A stretch of DNA of 32,000 bases, taken from NCBI RefSeq assembly GCF_000015805.1, contig NC_009073.1, positions 60,001 to 92,000 on the forward strand. Reading direction: 5' to 3'. The stretch comes from Pyrobaculum calidifontis JCM 11548. GTDB lineage: Archaea; Thermoproteota; Thermoprotei; Thermoproteales; Thermoproteaceae. The notes under the pieces are model-generated. The model searched no databases. It was not told where the DNA came from and worked only from the letters and a program-made list of their open reading frames with translations. Made by a program: the position numbers and the translations under genes. Shown here piece by piece: positions 17,009 to 25,962 of this stretch; the first letter of the stretch is position 1; every line of letters starts with the position of its first letter.

Positions 17009-20000
17009 GGGGCCAGCTGATACTCCTATCAGCCTTCATCGCCGCCGTGGCCGTGGCGGCGATAATGACGGCGCAAATCGCCCTACAGATGGGCTCCTAC
17101 TCCGCGGGGGCGAGGACTGGGTACGGCATATACGCAAAGGCGTGGCCCGAGGTGGTGGATCTCGCCGACTCCCACGTACTCCAAGCCACGGCAAAGGCCT
17201 CCGCCCAGCTCTCAACCGCAGCAACCACCACAGGGCTCTACGCGTGGCTAAGCGACCTTCCATACTACGCAGCGAAGTGGTACACCAACAGCTCGCTCTC
17301 GCTCCTAAAAACCGCGCTGTTGCCCATAGGGGCCCAGCTGGACTTCAAATACCGAATATTCTACACAGGCTTCAACGGCACCCTGGGCCCCTACCCACAG
17401 GCAGTGGAATACTCGCGGTGGAACCTAGACCCCGTTAGGAGCGGCTTTCTCACAATACCCGGCGCAACGCTCTACAGGCTTGTGGTCACCTGGCAAAGCG
17501 ACGACTACGGCGGCTACTACGTCGTCACATACGGAGCCCACGTCTCTGAGCCAGGCGCCGCTGGCGAGGTATACAACGTAGCCCTAGCAGACCTCTTGAG
17601 AAAGCTAGGCGAATTGGAAGAAGAGAAAATCAAGTCCAGCCTCTTCGCCTTCCTAGTAGACAGCCAGACGTGCAAACTCTACCAGCTACCCTGGTGGGCC
17701 GAGATAAAGAACTGCCCCCTCTGCCTACTACACGTCAGACTGCCCTCCTCTTCCTCCGACGAGGTGTCCGGCTTTAAGCTGGAGAAGGGCAAGGCGGTGG
17801 AGGTGCTCCTCGTCTTCATTCCAAATCTGCAAGGCGACGAGATACCGGTGCTGAAGTCTGGCCCATGTGCGAGCGGCCAGCCTATGCTGTCAGACATCGT
17901 GAAGGTGAACAAGGCCGTGAACAATGAGCCAAAGGCTGCGTTCGCACCGCAAGTAGGATACGAGCAGTATCCGTGGGGCGGCCGTCCAGCGGGGTACAGC
18001 GTTTCATACTACTGGGGCGCCGACGAGATAGCCTCATGGGGCAAAAGCGTAGTTAATACGCAAGGCTGTTATCATTCGCCAACGGGCGGAGTAATTAGAA
18101 ATGAGTATGGTGTTACGGTGGAAGACGTCCCAGACTTCCGCCCCGTTGCACGAGTCTACGCCAGGTACGCCGTTGGCACCACGAATTGGGCCTTTAATGT
18201 ATATTACAAATTGAACACTCCACAAGAAGATGATGATGATAATCTGAGAAATCTTGGCTGGCGTGGCTTCACAGTGGAGGCGCTGGTCAAGCCGCTTAAA
18301 GGCATAATAAGGCCCGCCAGGCTTGACCTCTACTATGCCTGGAACACCAACCCACCCCCACCCAGCAGACACCCCATATGCGCCTACCTTCTGGCAGTGC
18401 AGGCCGTTGTGCCAGCCATCGTGTGGACAAACTGGTACGCGGGGAACGGCGTGTGGAACGGGAGGACTTGGGATGATGCGGGTTCGCTAACTTATGGCAC
18501 ATCCTGGTACCTCTTCTCCATATCGGCGGACACCTCCAGAGTGGTATACAGCGTATACAGCTACAACACGACAAGGCCCCTCATACGGCTGGCCACTAAG
18601 ACGACCACCCACTCGTTTGGCGGCGACTGGAGGTTCTACATAGTGCTGGGAAGCGCCATAGTGGACAATCCCGCCTCCGGTACGCCTGAGGAGGCGTACT
18701 ACGCCTATGTGAGAGTTAGGCCCTGGGTAGACCCGCCCCCCTCCGTGTCCCTCGCGCCCGTGGACAAGACCCCCCTCGCCAGGCCGGGCAGAGTAGACGT
18801 GGTAGCACTGAGCGCAACCAAGGTGGAGGCAAACATAAACGCCAGCGGCAGTGTGGGTCTTGCCAACGTAGAGCGGCTCAACATTTCGCGCACAATAGGC
18901 CTAAGCGTCAAGGTGGTTGAGTGGAGCGTCGATGGGAGCAACCCCAACCAGGACAGATACCACTACAGAGTTCGGGTGGAGTCCACTATCCCCCGCGGCG
19001 CCGTGGCGGCCCAGTTCACCCTCTTCTACAGCCTGGGCTCCACCTACGTCAACACCACGTGCGTCGACAACGGCTTGTGCACAGCCACACTGGCTGAGTA
19101 CCTCGGCTACTCCGGCGGCAGGGATGTCGCCGAGTGGGAGGTGGAGTTCACCGTGCCCAAGAGGGCGAGCCACGCCATATTTGTCAATGTCTTCGGGTCT
19201 AAGGTGGCTGTCTCCACGGCCCAGCCCAAGCTCTACGCGCTGGGAGGCGGCACGACGTGGTACCTCATAAACGAGGGAGACGGCACCGGCGTCTTGTACA
19301 TACCGTGGAAGAAGTCTGGCCAGCAGGTTTGCACGCGCTGGCTGGCCGACTACAGCCCCAAGGACCCGAGGTTCATAGGCGTTTACGACGTTAAGTACAA
19401 GTGTCCCAACTGCGGCCCGTGCGAGAGCTGGACAGTCGTCCTCGTACCGCCTGGCTCGCTCGTGAGGCTAGACTTCACAGACTCGGTGTCACTCAGCGTC
19501 TTGAACACGTTTAGAGCACAGTGGCAACCGCCGATTTTGCCGACACCGCCGCTACCAAGCTGTCCTAACCCTATATACGTCAGATTCTACATACCCGGCA
19601 ACGCCAGTAAGGGTTACTATGTTATTTACGTACCGCCAAGCGATACGCAGGGCCCGCTTCTCACGTACGGCGGCGTAGATAGGCGTAGTGCTTATGCATA
19701 TTTAGGCGGTAGCTGGAAGGGGGTGAATCTCTACAGAGATGGGCCAAGCGGCGTTGGCGGATATTGGGTCAGACTTGAGGGGGATTTGACTAACAAAGCC
19801 GTCTTAGCGGTCTTCTGCCAAGGAGGGACATTTACGCCTCCTCAAGACCTCTTTAGGCCTCCCCAACAACCCTCCAGCTACTTCTGGACGCTCACTGGCC
19901 CTGTGGAAGTCACCTTACAACAAGCATCGCTGAATGAGTTCAAAGACGGGTTCACCGTGGTGTTTGGCCACTACAGGAGTGTGCCGAGTTGGGTGGCTCT

Positions 20001-20445
20001 GTACAACGGAACTTGGTCGGACTCAATGCTATCGTGTGCGTCTAACAGGAGAATGGTGGGCATACAGCAAATTGGCAGTCCAAAGTGGTGGTGGGACTAC
20101 GACGGCTTCTGCTACGACAGGCACATATGGGAGCTCTACGGCGCCGTGAGTGGCGAGCGCAACTTCACAATATCGGTGGCCAGGTCCGTCGTGTTGTACC
20201 AGATCTTCACGAGCGGCGCGTGGGGGTCGGGGCAGAACCCGTGGCTTAGGTCTTACCCCAACGTCGTGCCGTCCGACGGGCCGTCAGACCTCAGAAACAG
20301 GGCCATGACGGCGTTTCAGAGGGCGCGCGCCGGGGTCGCCGGCGGGCAGAGATACAGCGTTGCGGTTATACCCTTCACGTGGCCTCGGCCGTTCTTCTAC
20401 GTGGACTCTGGCACAGCGGTTAGGGGCCCGTTTGAGACGACATGA
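17005..20445 (+). CDS. Operon gene C: giant (1146 aa) extracellular protein with a class-III (prepilin-type) signal. Function unknown.
   Basis: The N-terminus is MRG|QLILLSAFIAAVAVAAIM, a basic residue and Gly followed by a hydrophobic helix. There are nine N-x-S/T sequons and it is rich in Trp, Tyr and Gly. It has Pro-rich linkers (VDPPPSVSLAP, PPILPTPPLPSCPNP) and a Cys cluster KCPNCGPCESW. ATGA overlaps occur at both ends. Confidence 0.9.
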   Translation: MRGQLILLSAFIAAVAVAAIMTAQIALQMGSYSAGARTGYGIYAKAWPEVVDLADSHVLQATAKASAQLSTAATTTGLYAWLSDLPYYAAKWYTNSSLSLLKTALLPIGAQLDFKYRIFYTGFNGTLGPYPQAVEYSRWNLDPVRSGFLTIPGATLYRLVVTWQSDDYGGYYVVTYGAHVSEPGAAGEVYNVALADLLRKLGELEEEKIKSSLFAFLVDSQTCKLYQLPWWAEIKNCPLCLLHVRLPSSSSDEVSGFKLEKGKAVEVLLVFIPNLQGDEIPVLKSGPCASGQPMLSDIVKVNKAVNNEPKAAFAPQVGYEQYPWGGRPAGYSVSYYWGADEIASWGKSVVNTQGCYHSPTGGVIRNEYGVTVEDVPDFRPVARVYARYAVGTTNWAFNVYYKLNTPQEDDDDNLRNLGWRGFTVEALVKPLKGIIRPARLDLYYAWNTNPPPPSRHPICAYLLAVQAVVPAIVWTNWYAGNGVWNGRTWDDAGSLTYGTSWYLFSISADTSRVVYSVYSYNTTRPLIRLATKTTTHSFGGDWRFYIVLGSAIVDNPASGTPEEAYYAYVRVRPWVDPPPSVSLAPVDKTPLARPGRVDVVALSATKVEANINASGSVGLANVERLNISRTIGLSVKVVEWSVDGSNPNQDRYHYRVRVESTIPRGAVAAQFTLFYSLGSTYVNTTCVDNGLCTATLAEYLGYSGGRDVAEWEVEFTVPKRASHAIFVNVFGSKVAVSTAQPKLYALGGGTTWYLINEGDGTGVLYIPWKKSGQQVCTRWLADYSPKDPRFIGVYDVKYKCPNCGPCESWTVVLVPPGSLVRLDFTDSVSLSVLNTFRAQWQPPILPTPPLPSCPNPIYVRFYIPGNASKGYYVIYVPPSDTQGPLLTYGGVDRRSAYAYLGGSWKGVNLYRDGPSGVGGYWVRLEGDLTNKAVLAVFCQGGTFTPPQDLFRPPQQPSSYFWTLTGPVEVTLQQASLNEFKDGFTVVFGHYRSVPSWVALYNGTWSDSMLSCASNRRMVGIQQIGSPKWWWDYDGFCYDRHIWELYGAVSGERNFTISVARSVVLYQIFTSGAWGSGQNPWLRSYPNVVPSDGPSDLRNRAMTAFQRARAGVAGGQRYSVAVIPFTWPRPFFYVDSGTAVRGPFETT

Positions 20446-21128
20446 CGTCGCTTGAGGTTCTGCTTCTAACGGCAATTTCGCTGATCATAATGTTCGCGGC
20501 TCTGCCGTACGTCATTTCAACGCTGTACGCCTCTATGGCGCCTCTGGAGTATAGAAATGCGGTGGCCTACGTGCTAGCCTTTGCCGACGGGCTTGAGGCA
20601 GACTTCGGGATGGCGGGGTCGCGGAAGTACTTCCCCCTGCCCAACTTCGTCTACGGGAGCTTCGGCGGCGTCAACCGCACTTACGCCATCGCAATCCTCT
20701 GCGGCGGCACGCCGATTAGCGGGTACAGCAGATGGAACGTGGTCGAGGTGTGGTACAACTCCACCTACCTAGTGGACGGGCCGCGCCTCTACAGAGGCGT
20801 CGACGGGGGCTTGATAGCGCTCGTGGGGGACACCATGGTGGCCGTCAACGCCACTCCGCCGGGAAGGCTGAAGCTATACTTCAGACCCTTCGTGGTAAAT
20901 GGCACGGAGGAAGTGTACATCTACTTCGTTTCGTCCAGGTTCTACGCCAGGGGGCGCTACTACCTGACGTATGAGGTAGGCGGGACGCTGGCGGTGGAGT
21001 CGTTACCGTGCAACAGCCGGCTTGAGATAAGGGTGAGCGACGGCGTGCGGCAGTGGAGCTATACGACGCCCAATGTGGTGAAGCGTGTGTACTTTGTAAA
21101 CCAGACGGTGTGGATTGAGCTGAGATGA
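20442..21128 (+). CDS. Operon gene D: pilin-like protein with Glu5
   Basis: 228 aa. The N-terminus is MTSLEVLLLTAISLIIMFAALPYV. Five sequons (NRT, NST, NAT, NGT, NQT). ATGA overlap with gene C at 20442-20445. Confidence 0.8.
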   Translation: MTSLEVLLLTAISLIIMFAALPYVISTLYASMAPLEYRNAVAYVLAFADGLEADFGMAGSRKYFPLPNFVYGSFGGVNRTYAIAILCGGTPISGYSRWNVVEVWYNSTYLVDGPRLYRGVDGGLIALVGDTMVAVNATPPGRLKLYFRPFVVNGTEEVYIYFVSSRFYARGRYYLTYEVGGTLAVESLPCNSRLEIRVSDGVRQWSYTTPNVVKRVYFVNQTVWIELR

Positions 21129-21688
21129 GGGGGTCTATCTCCACGTCGGCCTTGATCCTCTTTGTGGCATTTGCGGCGACTGTGGCCGTGTTGGCCTACA
21201 TTGTGGACATGAGGGCGCAGTGGGTGTTGGAGCGGGACGTGGAGTCGCTGGCCCAGTCGGCGGCGGACTTCGCCGCGTCTCAGATTAGGGACTCGCTTGC
21301 CGCGGCGAGTATACCCGGCGTAGTGGAGCTGAACCGCTCTCTGTTGGTGCCGCGGGACTTCTACGGCTTTGACACTGCGGGCGTCTCCATATGCGTGGGG
21401 AACAGAGGCGGCTTCCTCTATGTAAACGTCACGGCGTCGGGGACGAGGGGGCGGGGCTCGGCGACGGCGAAGGCCACGGCATGGCTGTACAATGTGACAA
21501 AGTGGGCCATAGACCACGGCCGGGTGGTGTACCTCGTGGGCCAGTACGGCCCCTGCGGCAGTCCCCCCTCCACCTGCTTCGCCACAGTGATCGTTGGCGC
21601 GAGGAAGGTTGCTGTGGTCAACTTGACGCGGCCTGGCTGCTCGGCAATGCTTGTGAAGTCCGGCGTGTGGATAATTCCGCGCGGCTAG
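21125..21688 (+). CDS. Operon gene E: pilin-like protein with a class-III signal (TadG-like N-terminus)
   Basis: 187 aa. The N-terminus is MRG|SISTSALILFVAFAATVAVLAYIVD. Four sequons (NRS, NVT, NVT, NLT). ATGA overlap with gene D at 21125-21128. Confidence 0.8.
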   Translation: MRGSISTSALILFVAFAATVAVLAYIVDMRAQWVLERDVESLAQSAADFAASQIRDSLAAASIPGVVELNRSLLVPRDFYGFDTAGVSICVGNRGGFLYVNVTASGTRGRGSATAKATAWLYNVTKWAIDHGRVVYLVGQYGPCGSPPSTCFATVIVGARKVAVVNLTRPGCSAMLVKSGVWIIPRG

Positions 21689-21748
21689 GCGCCGGCGGCT
21701 CGGCAGGTATTACTTGGGTGAGTTTTTAACTCCTGCGCGTCTAGGTGT

Positions 21749-23788
21749 GTGCTTGAGGTTGAGCTTGACCTTCTGAGGGATAAGATTAGGGAGTTTATTA
21801 CGTCGAATGAGAAGGTGTCGGACGAGGTCATCAACATGATTATTCAGCAGAAGAAGTCGCTTGAGGTGGACTTCCACGACATTTTGATGTTTGACAAGGG
21901 GCTAGCCGACTTGTTTATCGAGAGGCCTCGCCTCGTCTTGCCCGAGGCGGACAAGGTGGTCAAAGAGGTGGTGGAGGAGAAGGACCCGGAGACGGCTAAG
22001 AAGCTCCGTAGGTTCTACTTCAGGGTGAGGGGGTCGCCTCTGGTGGTTCCGCTCAGGAAGTTGAGGTCTGAGTACATTGGCCGCTTGATTAGGGTGGAGG
22101 GGATTGTGACTAGGCAGACTCCGCCTAAGCACTTCCTCTACAAGGCCCTCTACCGTTGTACTCAGTGCGGCTACGAGATTGAGCTTGTGCAAGAGCTGGA
22201 GCGGCACGTGGAGCCCCCGGCCAAGTGCCCCAGGTGCGGCGCGTCGAAGAGCTTCACTCTTGTGACTGAGCTGAGCCAGTACATCGATTGGCAGAAGGTG
22301 ATTGTGCAAGAGAGGCCTGAGGATCTGCCGCCTGGCCAACTGCCGAGGAGCGTCGAGGTCGTCCTCCTGGACGACTTGGTGGACTCTGTGAAGCCGGGCG
22401 ACATAGTCTCGCTGACCGGCATAGTGGACCTCACCTTGAGCGAGCTGAGGAAGGGGAGGCCCCCCATCGTCACCTCCTACATACAGGGGGTCCACGTGGA
22501 GACTACCAACAAGGAGCTTGTGGAGGAGATAACTAGCGAGGACGAGCAGAAGATCTTGGAGCTGTCTAGGAGGCCCGACGTGAGGGAGCTCATAGTGAGG
22601 TCCATTGCCCCCTCTATATACGGCTACGAGGAGATAAAGGAGGCCATCGCCTGCCTCCTCTTCGGCGGCAACGAGATAGTGTACCCAGACGGGGTGAGGG
22701 TGAGGGGCGACATCAACATACTGCTGATAGGCGACCCGGGAACCGCCAAGTCTCAGCTCCTCAAGTTCGTGGCCAAGATAGCCCCCCGCGCCGTCTACAC
22801 CACGGGCAAGGGGTCCTCTGCGGCTGGCCTCACCGCGGCCGTGGTGCGGGACAAGCTCACGGGGGAGTTCTACCTAGAGGCCGGCGCCCTCGTCCTCGCA
22901 GACAAGGGCGTGGCGGTGATCGACGAGATAGACAAAATGGACGCCAAGGACAGGGTAGCCCTCCACGAGGCCATGGAGCAGAACACCGTGTCTATAAGCA
23001 AGGCGGGCATCGTGGCCACTCTCAACGCGAGAGCCGCCGTCCTCGCCGCGGCCAACCCGGCCTTCGGCCGCTATTTGCCAAACCGCACTGTGGCAGAGAA
23101 CATCGACCTCCCCGTCTCCCTCCTCAGCCGCTTCGACCTCATCTTCGTGATCAGGGACGAGCCCCGGGAGGACTTCGACTCTGCAGTGGCCGGCCACATC
23201 TTAGACCTCCACTCGGGGAAGACGCCCGAGGCCTTTAGAGACGTCCTCAGGCCTGACTTCCTCCGCAAGTACATAATGTACGCCAGGAGGTACGTGAGGC
23301 CCATCTTGAGCGAGGAGGCAAAGGAGAGGATAAAGGCATTCTACCTGGAGATGAGGAGGCGCTACCAGGGGCCGGGCACGGCCATCGCCATAACTGCGCG
23401 CCAGCTAGAGGCGTTGATACGTTTGACCACCGCCGAGGCCAAGATGCGTCTCTCCCCAATAGCCACCGCCGAAGACGCCGAGAGGGCCATACGCCTCTAC
23501 CTAGCCTTCCTAAAGTCTGTGGGCATAGACGTGGAGTCCGGCGCCATTGACATAGACGCCATACTCACGGGAGTCCCCGCGTCCCGCCGCGAGGCCTACA
23601 TACGCGTAGTAGAGCTGTTAAAGAAGCTGGAGGAGATCGAGAAGGGGCCAGTCAAGGTAGACCTCTTAAAGGCGGAGGCAGAGAAGCTCGGCATACCCGG
23701 CCCCGAGGTGCAGCGCATAATCGACTTGCTCATACGCAACGGCGAGGCCTACACCCCGAGGCCCGGCTACATAAAGCGCGTAGCCTAG
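21749..23788 (+). CDS. mcm: MCM replicative helicase
   Basis: 679 aa. Has a zinc motif CTQCGYE...CPRCG, Walker A GDPGTAKSQLL, Walker B VAVIDEIDKM, the arginine finger region SRFDLIF and a C-terminal wHTH. GTG start, with TTTTTAA about 22 nt upstream. The length is standard, so there is no intein. Confidence 0.95.
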   Translation: MLEVELDLLRDKIREFITSNEKVSDEVINMIIQQKKSLEVDFHDILMFDKGLADLFIERPRLVLPEADKVVKEVVEEKDPETAKKLRRFYFRVRGSPLVVPLRKLRSEYIGRLIRVEGIVTRQTPPKHFLYKALYRCTQCGYEIELVQELERHVEPPAKCPRCGASKSFTLVTELSQYIDWQKVIVQERPEDLPPGQLPRSVEVVLLDDLVDSVKPGDIVSLTGIVDLTLSELRKGRPPIVTSYIQGVHVETTNKELVEEITSEDEQKILELSRRPDVRELIVRSIAPSIYGYEEIKEAIACLLFGGNEIVYPDGVRVRGDINILLIGDPGTAKSQLLKFVAKIAPRAVYTTGKGSSAAGLTAAVVRDKLTGEFYLEAGALVLADKGVAVIDEIDKMDAKDRVALHEAMEQNTVSISKAGIVATLNARAAVLAAANPAFGRYLPNRTVAENIDLPVSLLSRFDLIFVIRDEPREDFDSAVAGHILDLHSGKTPEAFRDVLRPDFLRKYIMYARRYVRPILSEEAKERIKAFYLEMRRRYQGPGTAIAITARQLEALIRLTTAEAKMRLSPIATAEDAERAIRLYLAFLKSVGIDVESGAIDIDAILTGVPASRREAYIRVVELLKKLEEIEKGPVKVDLLKAEAEKLGIPGPEVQRIIDLLIRNGEAYTPRPGYIKRVA

Positions 23789-23849
23789 CAAACACGGCCG
23801 GAGGCAAGAGTTAGCGATAAAAACTAAGCTCCGCCTAGCGGTGACGGGG

Positions 23850-24995
23850 CTAGTGTGCAGCGTGTTGAGAAGCGGCGCTTATGGGAGCGAGGTGTGCCGC
23901 CACTTCGCCTAAGACGGCCCTTCTCAAGTACTCGGCGGCTGTGTCGGTGAGGGAGGCGAGGTATTGGTCGACGAAGCTCGCTATGAGGAGCTTGGGGATG
24001 TCCTCTCTCCTTATACCGCGGGCGCGTAGGAGGAACTCCTTCTCCTCGTCCAGCGACGCATCGGCGGCGGAGTGGCGCGCGCCAGCCACCTCGCCCGTCT
24101 CCACGAGTATGATGGGCTGGGTGTTGGCGACGGCGCCTTCCCCCGCTATGAAGACCACACCCTCCACCGAGCTGTCGCTCATGACGCCTCGCTTAGTGAT
24201 CCTCCCCACGGCCCTCTGAGTGACAAAGGACTTGTCAGCCGCTACTGCGAAGAGCTTCGCCCGCCCGACACCCCTCGGCGCGTCGTTTATAAGCGATACG
24301 ACGTGGTCTATCCTGGCCTCCCCAAGGCCTAGCTCGAGGCCTATGGCCTCTGCAACCGCCTCTTCCCCAATGCGGTACTCCTCTCGCACAGCATTCATGA
24401 CGCCCCCCACGACCAGCGGCCTGGCCTGCACCGAGGAGGCCGTGTAGAATACTGAATGTACGTACTGCGGACCCTCCGCCTTAGACACGAGGACGTACTC
24501 CGTGGGGGCCCTGGCCCACCCCTCCACCACAACTGTGTGCATGGCCCCCCTCCCGTTGGACGCGTACACCACCACCGAGCCGCCGCCCTCCACCTCCAAC
24601 ACCACGTGGCTGGCCACGTGGCCCTCGCCGAGGGCCTCCAGCTTGACCACGAGCAGAGGGACGGCCCTCTTGACTCTCACCTTCACGGCCTCCTCAAGCG
24701 CCGCGGCGTGCAGGGCAAGGATCTTGCTGTCGAGGGGGGCCAGGTTGAACACTTCCCCCGCCGTCTCTACCTCCACTCCCTCGCACTCGCCAGCCCCGGC
24801 GAAGACCCCGTTCTGCACCACTACCTCGCAAGGCCCAAGCCGCGCCGAAACGGCGGGGGGCCTCCCCAGCGGCTTAAACCCCTCAAACTTAGACCAGTCA
24901 GTGTAGTACCTAACCGCGGGCGAGTCGGCGATCTCTTGCCAGGGTAGCTTCCCCGCCAGCTCTGCGCCCAACTCCTTCGCCCTCTTAAGATCCAT
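23850..24995 (-). CDS. SufB/SufD-family Fe-S cluster assembly protein
   Basis: The C-terminal beta-helix signature is PIILVETGEVAGARHSAADASLDEEKEFLLRARGI. I chose the start at ATG 24995 (MDLKRAKELG), about 20-27 nt downstream of AGTTAAATAG on the minus strand. GTG 25004 is the alternative. Confidence 0.75.
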   Translation of the reverse strand: MDLKRAKELGAELAGKLPWQEIADSPAVRYYTDWSKFEGFKPLGRPPAVSARLGPCEVVVQNGVFAGAGECEGVEVETAGEVFNLAPLDSKILALHAAALEEAVKVRVKRAVPLLVVKLEALGEGHVASHVVLEVEGGGSVVVYASNGRGAMHTVVVEGWARAPTEYVLVSKAEGPQYVHSVFYTASSVQARPLVVGGVMNAVREEYRIGEEAVAEAIGLELGLGEARIDHVVSLINDAPRGVGRAKLFAVAADKSFVTQRAVGRITKRGVMSDSSVEGVVFIAGEGAVANTQPIILVETGEVAGARHSAADASLDEEKEFLLRARGIRREDIPKLLIASFVDQYLASLTDTAAEYLRRAVLGEVAAHLAPISAASQHAAH

Positions 24996-25024
24996 AGCCC
25001 CCACTCGATGTGACTATTTAACTG

Positions 25025-25585
25025 CTACAGGAGTATGTAGAAGTTGTACTGCCTTCCCCTCCTCAAGATGCCCATTGAGAGGGGCGGCGACGGCGCCACC
25101 TCCGCCAAGTCGCCCAGCTCGTACTGGAAGTACACTCTAACGGCCCTATCCCCCCAGGGGACTTCCCACACCCCCCGCCCCACCTCGCGGCCCCGCCACT
25201 TTGGCGGCGCCCACACAGTGGCCACGACGCGCCGGGCGACCCTCTTCGCCTCTTTAAGCGCCTCCCCAGCCGCCTCGCGGGGCATGTGATGGAGGACAGC
25301 CACTAGGTAGGCCACGTCAAAGGCGCCGTCTCTGAAGGGGAGCCGTGTCGCCTCACACTCCACGGAGTCACCCCCTGGCAGAAGCCTCCTATCCAAGTCG
25401 CAGTGTACCACAAAGCCGTGAGCGAGCTCTATGTACAAGGGCTGGGCGCCGCGGCCTGCCCCCACGTCGAGGGCCCGTGGCCCAAGTTCTCCAAAGTCGG
25501 CCACTGGGAGGGGGCGCCGCCTAGTGGCCTCGTACTCTTCCCCAATGGCCAAGTAGGCCTCTCTAGCCCTCCTGGCCCACTCCAT
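25025..25585 (-). CDS. Class I SAM-dependent methyltransferase
   Basis: 186 aa. Motif I is ALDVGAGRGAQ, followed by an acidic loop VVHCDLD and FDVAYLVAVLHHM. Confidence 0.75.
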   Translation of the reverse strand: MEWARRAREAYLAIGEEYEATRRRPLPVADFGELGPRALDVGAGRGAQPLYIELAHGFVVHCDLDRRLLPGGDSVECEATRLPFRDGAFDVAYLVAVLHHMPREAAGEALKEAKRVARRVVATVWAPPKWRGREVGRGVWEVPWGDRAVRVYFQYELGDLAEVAPSPPLSMGILRRGRQYNFYILL

Positions 25586-25619
25586 GTCTAGACGCGTAGC
25601 GGCTCTTGCCGTCCTCCAC
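25561..25619. repeat. Left copy of the duplicated gene-junction segment
   Basis: Aligns with 26152-26213 at a constant offset of 591. By hand, 25561-25603 matches 26152-26194 at 35 of 43 positions, including an exact 13-mer CACTCCATGTCTA. After a 4-nt indel, CCGTCCTCCAC aligns with CCGCCTCCAC. Confidence 0.7.
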
Positions 25620-25667
25620 AGCGAAATACTGCCGAATTGGCGACGCCTTTCTGTCGGCGCGCCCTAG
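25563..25667 (-). pseudogene. Relic of a wHTH-protein C-terminus upstream of the methyltransferase start
   Basis: The minus-strand frame reads LGRADRKASPIRQYFAVEDGKSRYASRHGVGQEG*. This parallels the intact C-terminus ...LGKLAREGYVEAVGEGRYALRHGVC* of the gene at 26163..26456. It is closed by an upstream TAA (25668-25670). Confidence 0.4.
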
Positions 25668-25962
25668 TTAAAAGCGGGAGTTCAAAGACAGTACACAAAC
25701 TGACACCGAATGGTTCAAATTTACACAACACGTCACAGCTGAAGCTTGCCGCTTGCCCGCTGGTGGCCGTTGAGCATAAAGAAGACATATGTTTCAGTGA
25801 ACTCTCCTTCACTTCTACACTATCTACACTCGTTTTTAAACTGTCGTTTGCCGTACGGCGACATGTATCTGTGCTTCAGCACGAAGAAGTTGGTCAATTA
25901 TTCAGTGGAAGTGATGAAACTGATTGCAAGCAAGCGTCTTTGCGTTTCTCGGGGGACTCATT

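Noticed and set aside
17005-20445. A multiheme cytochrome nanowire subunit or a thermopsin-like protease as the identity of the giant protein
   Set aside because: No CxxCH motif is present (the Cys motifs are CPLCL and CPNCGPC). I could find no protease catalytic motifs.
15240-21688. The idea that the five-gene operon is an integrated virus or plasmid remnant
   Set aside because: There is no integrase, no flanking tRNA or att-like repeats, no visible GC or codon shift relative to neighbours, and no capsid or replication-like genes.
21902-22495. 197-aa minus-strand ORF inside mcm, and similar ones inside the sufBD gene (24456..24947, 24502..24906) and the M32 carboxypeptidase gene (5400..5921)
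   Set aside because: They are shadow ORFs opposite confidently identified genes, with no start context and no motifs.
25712-25720. GGTTCAAAT, which resembles a tRNA T-loop
   Set aside because: The flanks cannot form a T-stem (AATGG against TTTAC). No acceptor, D or anticodon arms could be drawn around it.
25911-25923. GTGATGA-AA-CTGA as an independent C/D sRNA
   Set aside because: The C and D boxes are only 2 nt apart, leaving no room for a guide. At best the C box pairs with a degenerate CUCA 39 nt downstream, as noted under the sRNA finding.
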